Source: Lysobacter sp. CA196
GTDB lineage: Bacteria > Pseudomonadota > Gammaproteobacteria > Xanthomonadales > Xanthomonadaceae
Reading direction: 5' to 3'
DNA length: 64,000 bases
NCBI RefSeq assembly: GCF_052078695.1
Contig: NZ_JBQJIN010000031.1
Span: 1,494-65,493, forward strand
Below the pieces are notes generated by a model. That model did not search any database. It was not told the origin of the DNA and saw only the letters and a program-made list of their open reading frames with translations. A program made the translations under genes and the position numbers. Each line of letters begins with the position of its first letter. Positions within the stretch are counted from its first letter, which is position 1. Of the stretch, positions 47,065-56,200 are shown one piece after another.

Positions 47065-49250
47065 CCACAGCGCCCCACTCCCCCGAGCACTCCGACGCCG
47101 CCAGCGAGGACGAACGTCCGCGCGTGCGCACCGAGTACAAGTTCTCGCACGTCACCACTCAACGTTATCTGCCGCTGCCGGGCAAGGCGCCGGGCTGGCC
47201 GTTCGCCGAGATCGGCCATTGGAAGGTCGACGTCGACGCCACCCTCGACGACTGGGTCGCCGAGCTGCGCGATTGGCGTCGCGAACACCTGATCCGCATC
47301 GGCTACGACGACGCTCATTACCGCCGCCCCGAACTGCAATGGGCGCAGCGCAATTTCGTCCATGCCCAGATGATGGCCGAGGACCGCTACTTCTACGATC
47401 CGGTCGCCGGCCGCTACACGGTCGACCGTTATCTCGACGACCTCGAACGCCGCTATGGCGGCATCGACAGCGTGCTGATCTGGCACGTGTACCCGAACAT
47501 CGGCGTCGACGACCGCAACCAGTTCGACCTCGCCGCCGACCTGCCCGGCGGGCTCGATGGCCTGCGCGGCGCGATCGCCGATTTCCGTCGCCGCGGCGTG
47601 CGCGTGTTCCTGCCGACCATGCCCTGGGACCAGGGCACCCGCGACAGCGGCCGCAAGGACTGGGAAGCGGTGGCGCAGTTGGTGCAAGCGGTCGGCGCCG
47701 ACGGCGTCAACGGCGACACCTACAACGGCGTGCCGCGCGCGTTCTTCGACGCCTGCGACACGCTCGGCCACCCGGTGGTGCTGCAGCCGGAGTCGACCAT
47801 CAGCGCCGAGGAAGCGCTGATCTGGAACGTGCAGAGCTGGGGCAAGAAGGCGCCCAACGAAACGATTCCGCCGGTAGCCAAGTTCAAGTGGCTGGAACCG
47901 CGCCACATGATCAACTACGAAAACCGTTGGGGCCGCGAGCGCAACCACGACCTGCAATACATCTTCTTCAACGGCATCGGCTACAACGCCTGGGAAAACG
48001 TCTGGGGCCTGTGGAACCAACTCGGCGAACGCGATGCCGAGACCCTGCGCCGCATCGCCACGATCGCAAGGCAGTTTCCCGCCCACCTGGTCAGCGCCGA
48101 CTGGCGCCCGTACGCGCGCACCCTGCAGGCCGGCGTGTTCGCCAGCCGCTTCCCGCAGGCCGGCAGCACGCTGTGGACCCTGGTCAATCGCAACGAGTAT
48201 GAGGTCGCCGGCGAACAGATCGCGGTCGATCATCTCGACGGCGCGCGCTACTTCGACGTCTGGAACGGCATCGCCCTGCAACCGCGGCTCGACGGCGGCC
48301 GCGCGGTGTTCGACTTCGTACTCGAAGGCCGCGGCTTCGGCGCCGTGCTCGCGCTGGCGCCGGGCGCCGAGATCGACGGACTCGACGTCTTCCTCGCCCG
48401 CATGAACGAATTGTCGGCGACGCCGCTGCATCGCTACTCGAACCAGTGGCGCGCGCTGCCGCAACGGCTGGTACCGATCGAAGCCGGCGCGGCGGTCGCA
48501 TCGGCGCCGCCGGGCATGGTCGAGATCCCGGCCGGCGAGTTCGATTTCGTCGTCGGCGGCATCGAGATCGAAGGCCAGACCTGGGAAGGCGTCGACGTCC
48601 AATACCCCTGGGAAGACGGCGCGCGCCGCAACCATCGCAAGCGCATGCGCCTGCCGCGCTTCTTCATCGATCGTACCCCGGTGACCAACGCCGAGTACCA
48701 GCGTTTCGTCATCGATAGCGGCTACGCCCCGCGCGACCGCCACAATTATCTGCGCGACTGGGTCGACGGCGCGCCGCGCCCGGGCTGGGAACGCAAGCCG
48801 GTAACCTGGGTCGCGCTCGAAGACGCGCGCGCCTATGCGCAATGGGCCGGCAAACGCCTGCCGCGCGAGTGGGAATGGCAGTACGCCGCGCAAGGCCACG
48901 ACGGCCGCCGTTATCCCTGGGGCGAGGACTGGCGCGACGATGCGGTGCCCGTGCCCAACCGCAGCCGCCGCCTGCGCGCGCCCGACGATGTCGACGCGCA
49001 TCCGACCGGCGCCAGTCCGTTCGGCGTGCTCGACCTGGTCGGCAACGTCTGGCAATGGAGCGACGAATACCTCGACGAGCACACCCGCGCGGCGATCCTG
49101 CGCGGCGGCAGCGCCTACCGACCGCAGACCTCGCACTGGTACTTCCCGCAGGCCTACCGGCTCGACCAGCACGGCAAATACCTGCTGATGGCGCCGAGCA
49201 AGGACCGTTCGGGTTGCATCGGCTTCCGCTGCGTGGCCGATGCCGCATGA
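47061..49250 (+). CDS. fusion protein: N-terminal glycoside-hydrolase-like TIM-barrel domain + C-terminal FGE/SUMF1 (formylglycine-generating-enzyme fold) domain
   Basis: C-terminal RLPREWEWQYAA...GNVWQWSDEY...ILRGGSAY are FGE-sulfatase fold hallmarks. The N-terminal ~480 aa are unassigned and glycosidase-like. ATGA overlaps at both ends. Confidence 0.65.
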   Translation: MTTAPHSPEHSDAASEDERPRVRTEYKFSHVTTQRYLPLPGKAPGWPFAEIGHWKVDVDATLDDWVAELRDWRREHLIRIGYDDAHYRRPELQWAQRNFVHAQMMAEDRYFYDPVAGRYTVDRYLDDLERRYGGIDSVLIWHVYPNIGVDDRNQFDLAADLPGGLDGLRGAIADFRRRGVRVFLPTMPWDQGTRDSGRKDWEAVAQLVQAVGADGVNGDTYNGVPRAFFDACDTLGHPVVLQPESTISAEEALIWNVQSWGKKAPNETIPPVAKFKWLEPRHMINYENRWGRERNHDLQYIFFNGIGYNAWENVWGLWNQLGERDAETLRRIATIARQFPAHLVSADWRPYARTLQAGVFASRFPQAGSTLWTLVNRNEYEVAGEQIAVDHLDGARYFDVWNGIALQPRLDGGRAVFDFVLEGRGFGAVLALAPGAEIDGLDVFLARMNELSATPLHRYSNQWRALPQRLVPIEAGAAVASAPPGMVEIPAGEFDFVVGGIEIEGQTWEGVDVQYPWEDGARRNHRKRMRLPRFFIDRTPVTNAEYQRFVIDSGYAPRDRHNYLRDWVDGAPRPGWERKPVTWVALEDARAYAQWAGKRLPREWEWQYAAQGHDGRRYPWGEDWRDDAVPVPNRSRRLRAPDDVDAHPTGASPFGVLDLVGNVWQWSDEYLDEHTRAAILRGGSAYRPQTSHWYFPQAYRLDQHGKYLLMAPSKDRSGCIGFRCVADAA

Positions 49251-51142
49251 GTACGGGCACGCGTCATGACGGGCCTGCGCACGACAAGGTCCGCCTCGGT
49301 GGACCGTTTGAGGAAGCGACAGTCGGCCTCGGCGGCCTGCTCGGCGAGGCGCTCGACGCCAATCGCCACGGCCGGCTCTCGCATTTCATCGTCGACGAGA
49401 CCAGCCCGGCGATCGCGATCTTCGCCCCGCAGCAACGCCGGCACAACCGCGAAGGCGACTGGTACGGCGAACATGCCGGCAAATGGCTGATCGCCGCGGC
49501 CAAGGCCGCCGCACGCAGCGGCGATGCCGAACTGCGCACGCGCCTGCTGCGGGTTGCCGACTTCCTGGTCTCGACCCAGGAGGACGACGGCTACCTCGGC
49601 ACCTACGCGCCCGAGCGCCGCTTCATGCGCAAGCAGCCGCCCAAGCCGCTCAGCTGGGACGGCGCGCCGAGCATGCGCACCTGGGACATCTGGACCCACG
49701 CCTATCTGATCCTCGGTCTGCTCGAAGTGCATCGTCACTTCCCTGCGCCGCGCTATCTCGATGCGGCCAGGCGCATCGGCGACCTGTGCCTGCACAGTCT
49801 CACCGACGGCGGCATCGACATCACCGAACTCGGCAATCACCACGGCCTGTCGGCGACGGTGTTGATGGACCCGGCGGTCGAGCTGTATTTCGCCACCGGC
49901 GAGCCGGCGTATCTGCAACTCGCGCAGACTGTGCTGGCCCAGGCCGAGCGCCACCCCGAGCTGCGCCTGCTCTCGCACGCGCTGGACGGCACCGATGCGG
50001 CGCAGATCGCGACCGGCAAGGCCTATCAGCTGGCCTGGAACCTGGTCGGCCTGGCCAAGCTGCACCGCGCCACCGGCAACAGCGACCACCGTCGCGCGGT
50101 CGAGAACGTCTGGCGCAGCATCCATGCCCACCATCTCAGCCTCGGCGGCGGCCCCTGCGGCGGCGTCGGTCACCGTTCACGCGAAGTCTTCAACCCGGCC
50201 GGGGTGTTCAGCCCGCAGGCCTACGTCGAAACGTGCTCGACCCTGGCCTGGATGCAGTTGAACCGCGAGCTGCTCGCGATCACCGGCGAAGCGCGCTACG
50301 CCGAGGAGATCGAACGCTCGGCTTATAACGACCTGCTCGGCGCGCAAGCGCCCGACGGCGAGAACTGGTGCTACTACGTGTTCGCCAACGGCCGTCGCGT
50401 GCACACCACTTACTGGCGCTGCTGCAAGTCCAGCGGCGCGATGGCGCTCGAAGAACTTCCCGGCGTCGCCTATGCGCGGGTCGGCGACGACGCGATCGCG
50501 GTCAACCTGTACGGACCGGGTTCGGCGCGGATCGAACTGCCGCCGTGCGGACCGGTGACGATCGAACAGAACACCACCTACCCCTTCGACGCCGCGATCC
50601 GCCTGCGCATCGATCCCGAGCGCGCTGCCCGCTTTCGACTCAAGCTGCGCATTCCTTCATGGGCCACGCAAGCGCGGGTCGCGGTCAACGGCGCCGCCCT
50701 CGACACCGAACCTGCGGTCGGCGGTTACCTCGTCATCGACCGGGTGTGGAGCGCCGGCGACGAGGTCCATGCGCAGTTCCCGATGACGCCGCAGGCCCAC
50801 ACCGCGGTCCATCGCAACGTGCAGGAGTCGCGCGCGCCCGACGGCAGCGCAGTGGCGCGGGAAGTGCTGCATTACGAGTACCTGGCCGTGACCTGCGGGC
50901 CGCTGGTGTATGCCAGCGGCTTGATCGACGGCTTCAAGACCGAAGAAACCCTGCGCCTGCCGTCGACGCCGCCCAGCGCCTGGCTGCGATGGTCGGGGCC
51001 GGACGCGATCGAGCCGGTGCCGCGCATCGAACTGGACCCGGGCTATCGCGCGCCGCTGGTGTTCCGCCCTTATTACTGCGCCGGCGGGCGCAACGACGGC
51101 GCCTGGCGCCTGACCTGGATGTCGCTCGCGCCCGCAGCGTGA
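49247..51142 (+). CDS. glycoside hydrolase family 127 (beta-L-arabinofuranosidase HypBA1-like, DUF1680)
   Basis: DUF1680/GH127 pattern including the ENWCYYV...WRCC Cys cluster. Confidence 0.7.
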   Translation: MSTGTRHDGPAHDKVRLGGPFEEATVGLGGLLGEALDANRHGRLSHFIVDETSPAIAIFAPQQRRHNREGDWYGEHAGKWLIAAAKAAARSGDAELRTRLLRVADFLVSTQEDDGYLGTYAPERRFMRKQPPKPLSWDGAPSMRTWDIWTHAYLILGLLEVHRHFPAPRYLDAARRIGDLCLHSLTDGGIDITELGNHHGLSATVLMDPAVELYFATGEPAYLQLAQTVLAQAERHPELRLLSHALDGTDAAQIATGKAYQLAWNLVGLAKLHRATGNSDHRRAVENVWRSIHAHHLSLGGGPCGGVGHRSREVFNPAGVFSPQAYVETCSTLAWMQLNRELLAITGEARYAEEIERSAYNDLLGAQAPDGENWCYYVFANGRRVHTTYWRCCKSSGAMALEELPGVAYARVGDDAIAVNLYGPGSARIELPPCGPVTIEQNTTYPFDAAIRLRIDPERAARFRLKLRIPSWATQARVAVNGAALDTEPAVGGYLVIDRVWSAGDEVHAQFPMTPQAHTAVHRNVQESRAPDGSAVAREVLHYEYLAVTCGPLVYASGLIDGFKTEETLRLPSTPPSAWLRWSGPDAIEPVPRIELDPGYRAPLVFRPYYCAGGRNDGAWRLTWMSLAPAA

Positions 51143-51286
51143 CTGCACGCACAGTCCACGCCCGCCAAGCAAGAATTTGTGCTGCCAGAACATATGCGGC
51201 GAGGCTGTTTCCGCGACCGCGACTGGCGCACAGTGACTCGCCATCACGACTCGGCATCAGGCTCCAGGCTTTCGGACGCGCACCGC

Positions 51287-52498
51287 ATGGACTCTATTTC
51301 CCCCGCCCCGACGACCGACCGCACGGCTCCGGCCGGGCCGCTCGCCGGCATCCGCGTACTCGATCTCAGCGCCTATATCGCCGGCCCTTACGGCTGCACG
51401 CTGCTCGCCGACCAGGGCGCCGACGTGATCAAGATCGAGCCGCCCGATGGCGACAACCTGCGCCAGTACCCTTCGACCCTGGCCAGCGAAAGCCGTGCCT
51501 TCCTTGGGGTCAACCGCAGCAAGCGCGGCATCGTGCTCGACCTCAAACGTCCCGCCGACCACGCCGTGCTGTTGCGTCTGGTGCGCGAGGCCGACGTGCT
51601 GGTGCACAACTTCCGCCCGAGCGTGCCGCCGCGCCTGGGCATCGATTTCGAGCGCCTGCAGCTGATCAATCCGCGCCTGATCTATTGCGCAGTCAGCGGC
51701 TACGGCGAGACCGGTCCGATGAAGGACAAGGCCGGCTACGACCAGGTGCTGCAGACCATGACCGGCATGTGCGCGCTGCAGGGGCGCCGCGGCGGGCCGC
51801 CGGAAATCATCTACGGCTCGGTGGTCGACTACTACGCCGCCGCCCTGCTCGCCGCCGGCGTAGCCTCGGCCCTGTACGAACGCGAGCGCAGCGGCCTGGG
51901 CCAGTTCGTCGGCGTCTCGTTGTTGCGCAGCGCCCTGACCATGCAATCGGCGCGGATGATCTGGGCCGACGGCGAAGGCCTCGACATCGGCCGCGACATG
52001 CGCTCGGGCGGCGTCACCGGCATCCACCCGACCCGCGACGGCCACATCTACATTTCGGCCAATACCTCGCGCTTCTGGAAATCCCTGTGCGAGAAGACCG
52101 GGCTGGTCGAACTCGCCGACGACCCGCGCTACGACAGCGTGCGCAAGCGCGCGCAGGCCGTCGCCGAAATCGTGCCGCGCCTGCACCAGGCGCTGGCGGC
52201 CCGCGATGCGATGGCATGGGAAGCGCTGTTCGGCGACGAGGTGCCCTGCGCCGCGGCGCGGCGCATCGAGGACATGTTCGAGCATCCGCAGGTGCTCGCC
52301 GAGGGCATCGTCGGCCCGATCCAACACCCGCAGGTCGGCCACTACCGCGGCGTCGCCCAATCGATCAAGTTCGGCCGCACCCCGGGCCCGGCGCCGTTCG
52401 CCGCGCCGATGCTCGACCAGGACACTCAGGCGATCAAGGACGAACTCGCCGACCGCGGCACGGTGACTTGGGAACGGCGCGGCGCGGTCGAACGCTGA
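51287..52498 (+). CDS. CoA-transferase family III (CaiB/BaiF) protein
   Basis: IRVLDLSAYIAGPYGCTLLADQGADVIKIEPP N-terminal signature. Confidence 0.85.
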   Translation: MDSISPAPTTDRTAPAGPLAGIRVLDLSAYIAGPYGCTLLADQGADVIKIEPPDGDNLRQYPSTLASESRAFLGVNRSKRGIVLDLKRPADHAVLLRLVREADVLVHNFRPSVPPRLGIDFERLQLINPRLIYCAVSGYGETGPMKDKAGYDQVLQTMTGMCALQGRRGGPPEIIYGSVVDYYAAALLAAGVASALYERERSGLGQFVGVSLLRSALTMQSARMIWADGEGLDIGRDMRSGGVTGIHPTRDGHIYISANTSRFWKSLCEKTGLVELADDPRYDSVRKRAQAVAEIVPRLHQALAARDAMAWEALFGDEVPCAAARRIEDMFEHPQVLAEGIVGPIQHPQVGHYRGVAQSIKFGRTPGPAPFAAPMLDQDTQAIKDELADRGTVTWERRGAVER

Positions 52499-52528
52499 GC
52501 GCCGTGCGCCTTGGCCCAGGCGCCCGCG

Positions 52529-53245
52529 CTAGTACGGCGCAGCCTGGGCATCCAGCGCGAACTTCCGCCACAGCTCCTCGAACTGGCCGGCGAAGCAGCG
52601 CACCAGGTTGGCGTCGTCGGTCACCACCAGGTTCTCTTCGTTGCTGGTGGTCGCGCTACGGGTCCAGTTGAAGCTGCCGTTGGCCAGCACCCGGCCGTCG
52701 AACAGCGAGAATTTGTGGTGCATGTGGAAGGGGCTGTCGTCGATCCGCACCGGCACCCCGGCCTCGCGCAGGCGCAGCACGTCGCTGCCTTCGTCGAACT
52801 TCTTGTCGTTGTCGCTGATCAGGCGCACGGCGATGCCGCGCCGGTGGCAGGCGAGGATCTCTTCGCTGAGGCGGTCGTCGGAGATCGTGTACACGCAGAT
52901 GTCGACGCTGCGCTTGGCGCCGCGGCACAGCTCGCGCAGTTTGCGCAGGCAGGCATCGCCGGGCGCGAAGTAGGCGCTCGACACCACCGCGGGCGCGGCG
53001 ACCACGTCGAGGGTCTTGATCACCTGCTCCAGCCAGCGCAGCCCGTCGAGGGCATGCACCGGCTCGCCGAGCATCAGCTCGCGGGTCATGTCGAAGGCGC
53101 GGTTGCGCAGATAGCGCACCCGCTCGCTGCCGAGACCGGCGCCGAGTTCGCGCAACTCGAATTTCTCGTCGTTGTCGAGCGCGCGGTCGGCGATGCTGTC
53201 GCGCAAGGTCTGGTCGAGCCGGCCGAAATCCATGTCCCTGTCCAT
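52529..53245 (-). CDS. single-HKD phospholipase D-family nuclease-like protein (Nuc-like) with ~90-aa N-terminal extension
   Basis: HMHHKFSLFDGRVLANGSFNWT matches HxK(x4)D(x6)GSxN. The start is 3 nt after the stop of the 1790-aa ATPase gene. Confidence 0.75.
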   Translation of the reverse strand: MDRDMDFGRLDQTLRDSIADRALDNDEKFELRELGAGLGSERVRYLRNRAFDMTRELMLGEPVHALDGLRWLEQVIKTLDVVAAPAVVSSAYFAPGDACLRKLRELCRGAKRSVDICVYTISDDRLSEEILACHRRGIAVRLISDNDKKFDEGSDVLRLREAGVPVRIDDSPFHMHHKFSLFDGRVLANGSFNWTRSATTSNEENLVVTDDANLVRCFAGQFEELWRKFALDAQAAPY

Positions 53246-53248
53246 TCC

Positions 53249-56200
53249 TTAGCGTTGGATGCGACCGTTGAGGCGGTCGGCGAATTCATTGAGCGCACGC
53301 TGCAGCTCACGCTGCTGCTCGGTCATTTCCGCGCGCGTCGGCGCGTCGTCGACGTCGCGCTGGCCGAGCCGCTTGAAGATTTCGACCAGAGCCTCGTTGA
53401 GGCGGGTCTGGCGTTCGCTGCTGTCCTGCAGGTGGTTGACCAACGGGTCGAACGCGGACTGCAGCGACGGCACCAGCGAGGTGTGCAGCGACGAGCCGAG
53501 GCCGTTGAGCAGCTTGCCCAGGTCCGGCGCCGGCGCGGTCGGAGTCGCCGGCGGTTGCGCCTGCGCCACCTTTTCCAGGGCAGCCAGGATTTCCTGCCAC
53601 GGCGCCGACGGCGCCGGCTCGGCACGGCCGGCGGCCTGGCTGGCCGACTGGTCGAGCGCGCGCACGCTCTCGACCAGGTCGTTGAGCTGCGCCACGACCC
53701 GAGTGCCGACATCTGCATCGCCCGCGCCCATCGCCTTGTTGCGCTGGAAATCGCGCTTGATCTGAGCCCAACGCGCGGTCTGCGCCTCGTCGAGGGTGCC
53801 GCGCATCTCGCCGAGCTTGAGCAGGTTCTCTTCGGCGCCGCTGGTCAGCAGTTGCGCCTCACCGAGGTAGTGATCGCCGATCAGCTGCTGCAGCTCGGCC
53901 TCGTTCATCACCGGCGAGATTTTCTCGGCGAGCTTGTTCATGTTGCGATAGCTGCCCTGCAGCTTGAACGGCGGCTCGGTGCGGTAGCTCTCGGCCTGGG
54001 CGGCGCTGGCGATGTACTGCTGGTTGACCCGGTAGACCACGTCGCGCACTTTCACCAGCCGTTCCAGGGTCGCGACGATCTCGTTGATCTCCGCGCCGCT
54101 GTAGGCATGACTGAGTTCATCGGCGGAGAATGCCTTGCCCTGGGCCTTGTCGACGAAACGATACAGGTCGGCCATTTCGCGCGTCGCCAGCGGCGCCAGC
54201 ACCGGGTTCGAGGTCAGGCTGTTCTCGATGTAGCTGAGCACGAACGAGGCTTCCATGCCGCCGAGCACGTCGCCGAGGTTGTAGATGTCGGCGCGGTTGG
54301 CGAGCATGTCCGGGATCTTGAAGACCTCGCCGGACTCGGTGTAGGGGTTGCCGGCCATGACCACGCAGAACTTCTTGCCGCGCATGTCGTAAGTGCGGGT
54401 GCGGCCCTTCCACACACCTTCGATGCGACGGGTGCCGTCGCACAGGGAAATGAATTTCTGCAGGAACTCGGGATGGGTGTGCTGGATGTCGTCGACATAC
54501 AGCATCACGTTGTTGCCCATCTCCAGAGCCAGGTTGAGCTTGTCGAGTTCCTGGCGCGAGGTTGCGTCGGGCGCCTGCTCCGGGTCGAGCGAGCGCACTT
54601 CGTGGCCCAAGGCCGGGCCGTTGATCTTCATGAAGATCAGGCCGAGCCGGTGCGCCACGTACTCCATCAAGGTGGTTTTGCCGTAGCCCGGCGGCGAGAT
54701 CATCATCAGCAGGCCCATCAGGTCGCTGCGCTTGCTTTCGCCGACCGTACCCATCTGCTTGGCGAGGTTGTCGCCGATCACCGACAGGTACACGTCGTTG
54801 ATGAGCTTGTTGCGCACGAACGAGGTCAGCGGACGCGGCTTGAACTCGTCCAGGCGCAGGGCATGGCGCTCGCGGCCGACGATCTCCTGGCGCAAGGCCT
54901 GATAGCGCTGGAAGCCGGGGACGAAGGTCTCGCGGTGGTGGCGCAGGCGCGCCGACCAGTCGTCGATCGCCAAAGTGATGCGGCCTTCGACGAGGCGCGG
55001 ATGCTCGCCGAGCAAGCCCTGCACCGGCGCGCTCAGGTCGACCTCGGTGACCTTCTTCGGGAAGCGCTCGTCGAGCAGCAACAAGGTCGCCGCTTCGGCG
55101 GCATAGGCCGTAATCGGGGCGAGTTCGGGCGAACGCGTCAGCGCCTCGACCCAGTTCATCGCCAAGGCCCAACGCGCGGCGACGCGGTCGCCGAGGCCGT
55201 CGAGGGCCTGGATGAAGCCGTCCCACATCCGCGCCGCAGTGAGTTTCTCGCGCAGCGCCTGCAACAGTTGTTGCGCGTACTTGCTGAACACGAACTGCGG
55301 GTGCTCGGCGGACAACTCCAGCACCAGGTATTCGGCTGCGCGCGGGGTCAGCGCCGGATCGATCGCCAGGGTGTGCTGCTGGGCGAAGGCGGTCATCGCC
55401 GCGGCGATCTCGGTCCGCAACGATTCCAGGCCCGCGGCGCTGGCGAACAACTGCTGGATGTCGCGCGCAGTGCGCGCGCGTTCCGGCCATTGGCGGGCGT
55501 CGGCGTGCTCGGCGACCTGCGACCAGAACAACGCCGCCCAGGCGCGCGCGGCCGGCTCGAAGCCGAGGCTGCCGGCGCTGTCGCGCAGCGGCAGCAGCGC
55601 CTGCAGGATCAGGCTGGCGTCGTGGTCGTGGATGCCTTTCTCATAGCCTTCGCGATAGCGCGGCGCGGCGAAGTCGCGCACGCTGCGCGCCAGCAGCTCC
55701 GGCTGCGCCAGTTGCTGGCGCAGCAGATCCAGGCTGAGGCCGTCGCGATTCGCGCTGGCCGCCTCGATCACCAGGCCGGCCAGGTACTCGCCGCGATACA
55801 GCTGCGGCGATTCCGAATCCATCGACACGCCCCAGTAATCGCGCGCGGCATCGAGTTCGGGGTTGCGCAGCGGCTCGAAGAAGTCGGTGCCGGTCAGGTG
55901 CAGGTTGAGCACGTCGCCGCGCGGCAACAGGGTCAGGTCGAGTTCCTGGGTGTTGACGCTGAAGCGGTGGCGCGGCCCCAATTTGATGACGTTGCCGCCG
56001 TCTTCGAACAACTCGCTGCGGTCGCGCAGCGCGCGCACCGCCTGGTCGCGCGCGCCCTTGAGCCGCGCCTCGATGTCGTCGGCCTTGACGCTGTCCTTGA
56101 GCGTGCGCAGGCGCTCGGCCAGTTCGCGCAGCTTGAGGATCAGCGGGTCGCTGGCGAAGAAGGCGTTGAGTTCGTCGCTGCCGGCGAAGCGCGCGGTGCG

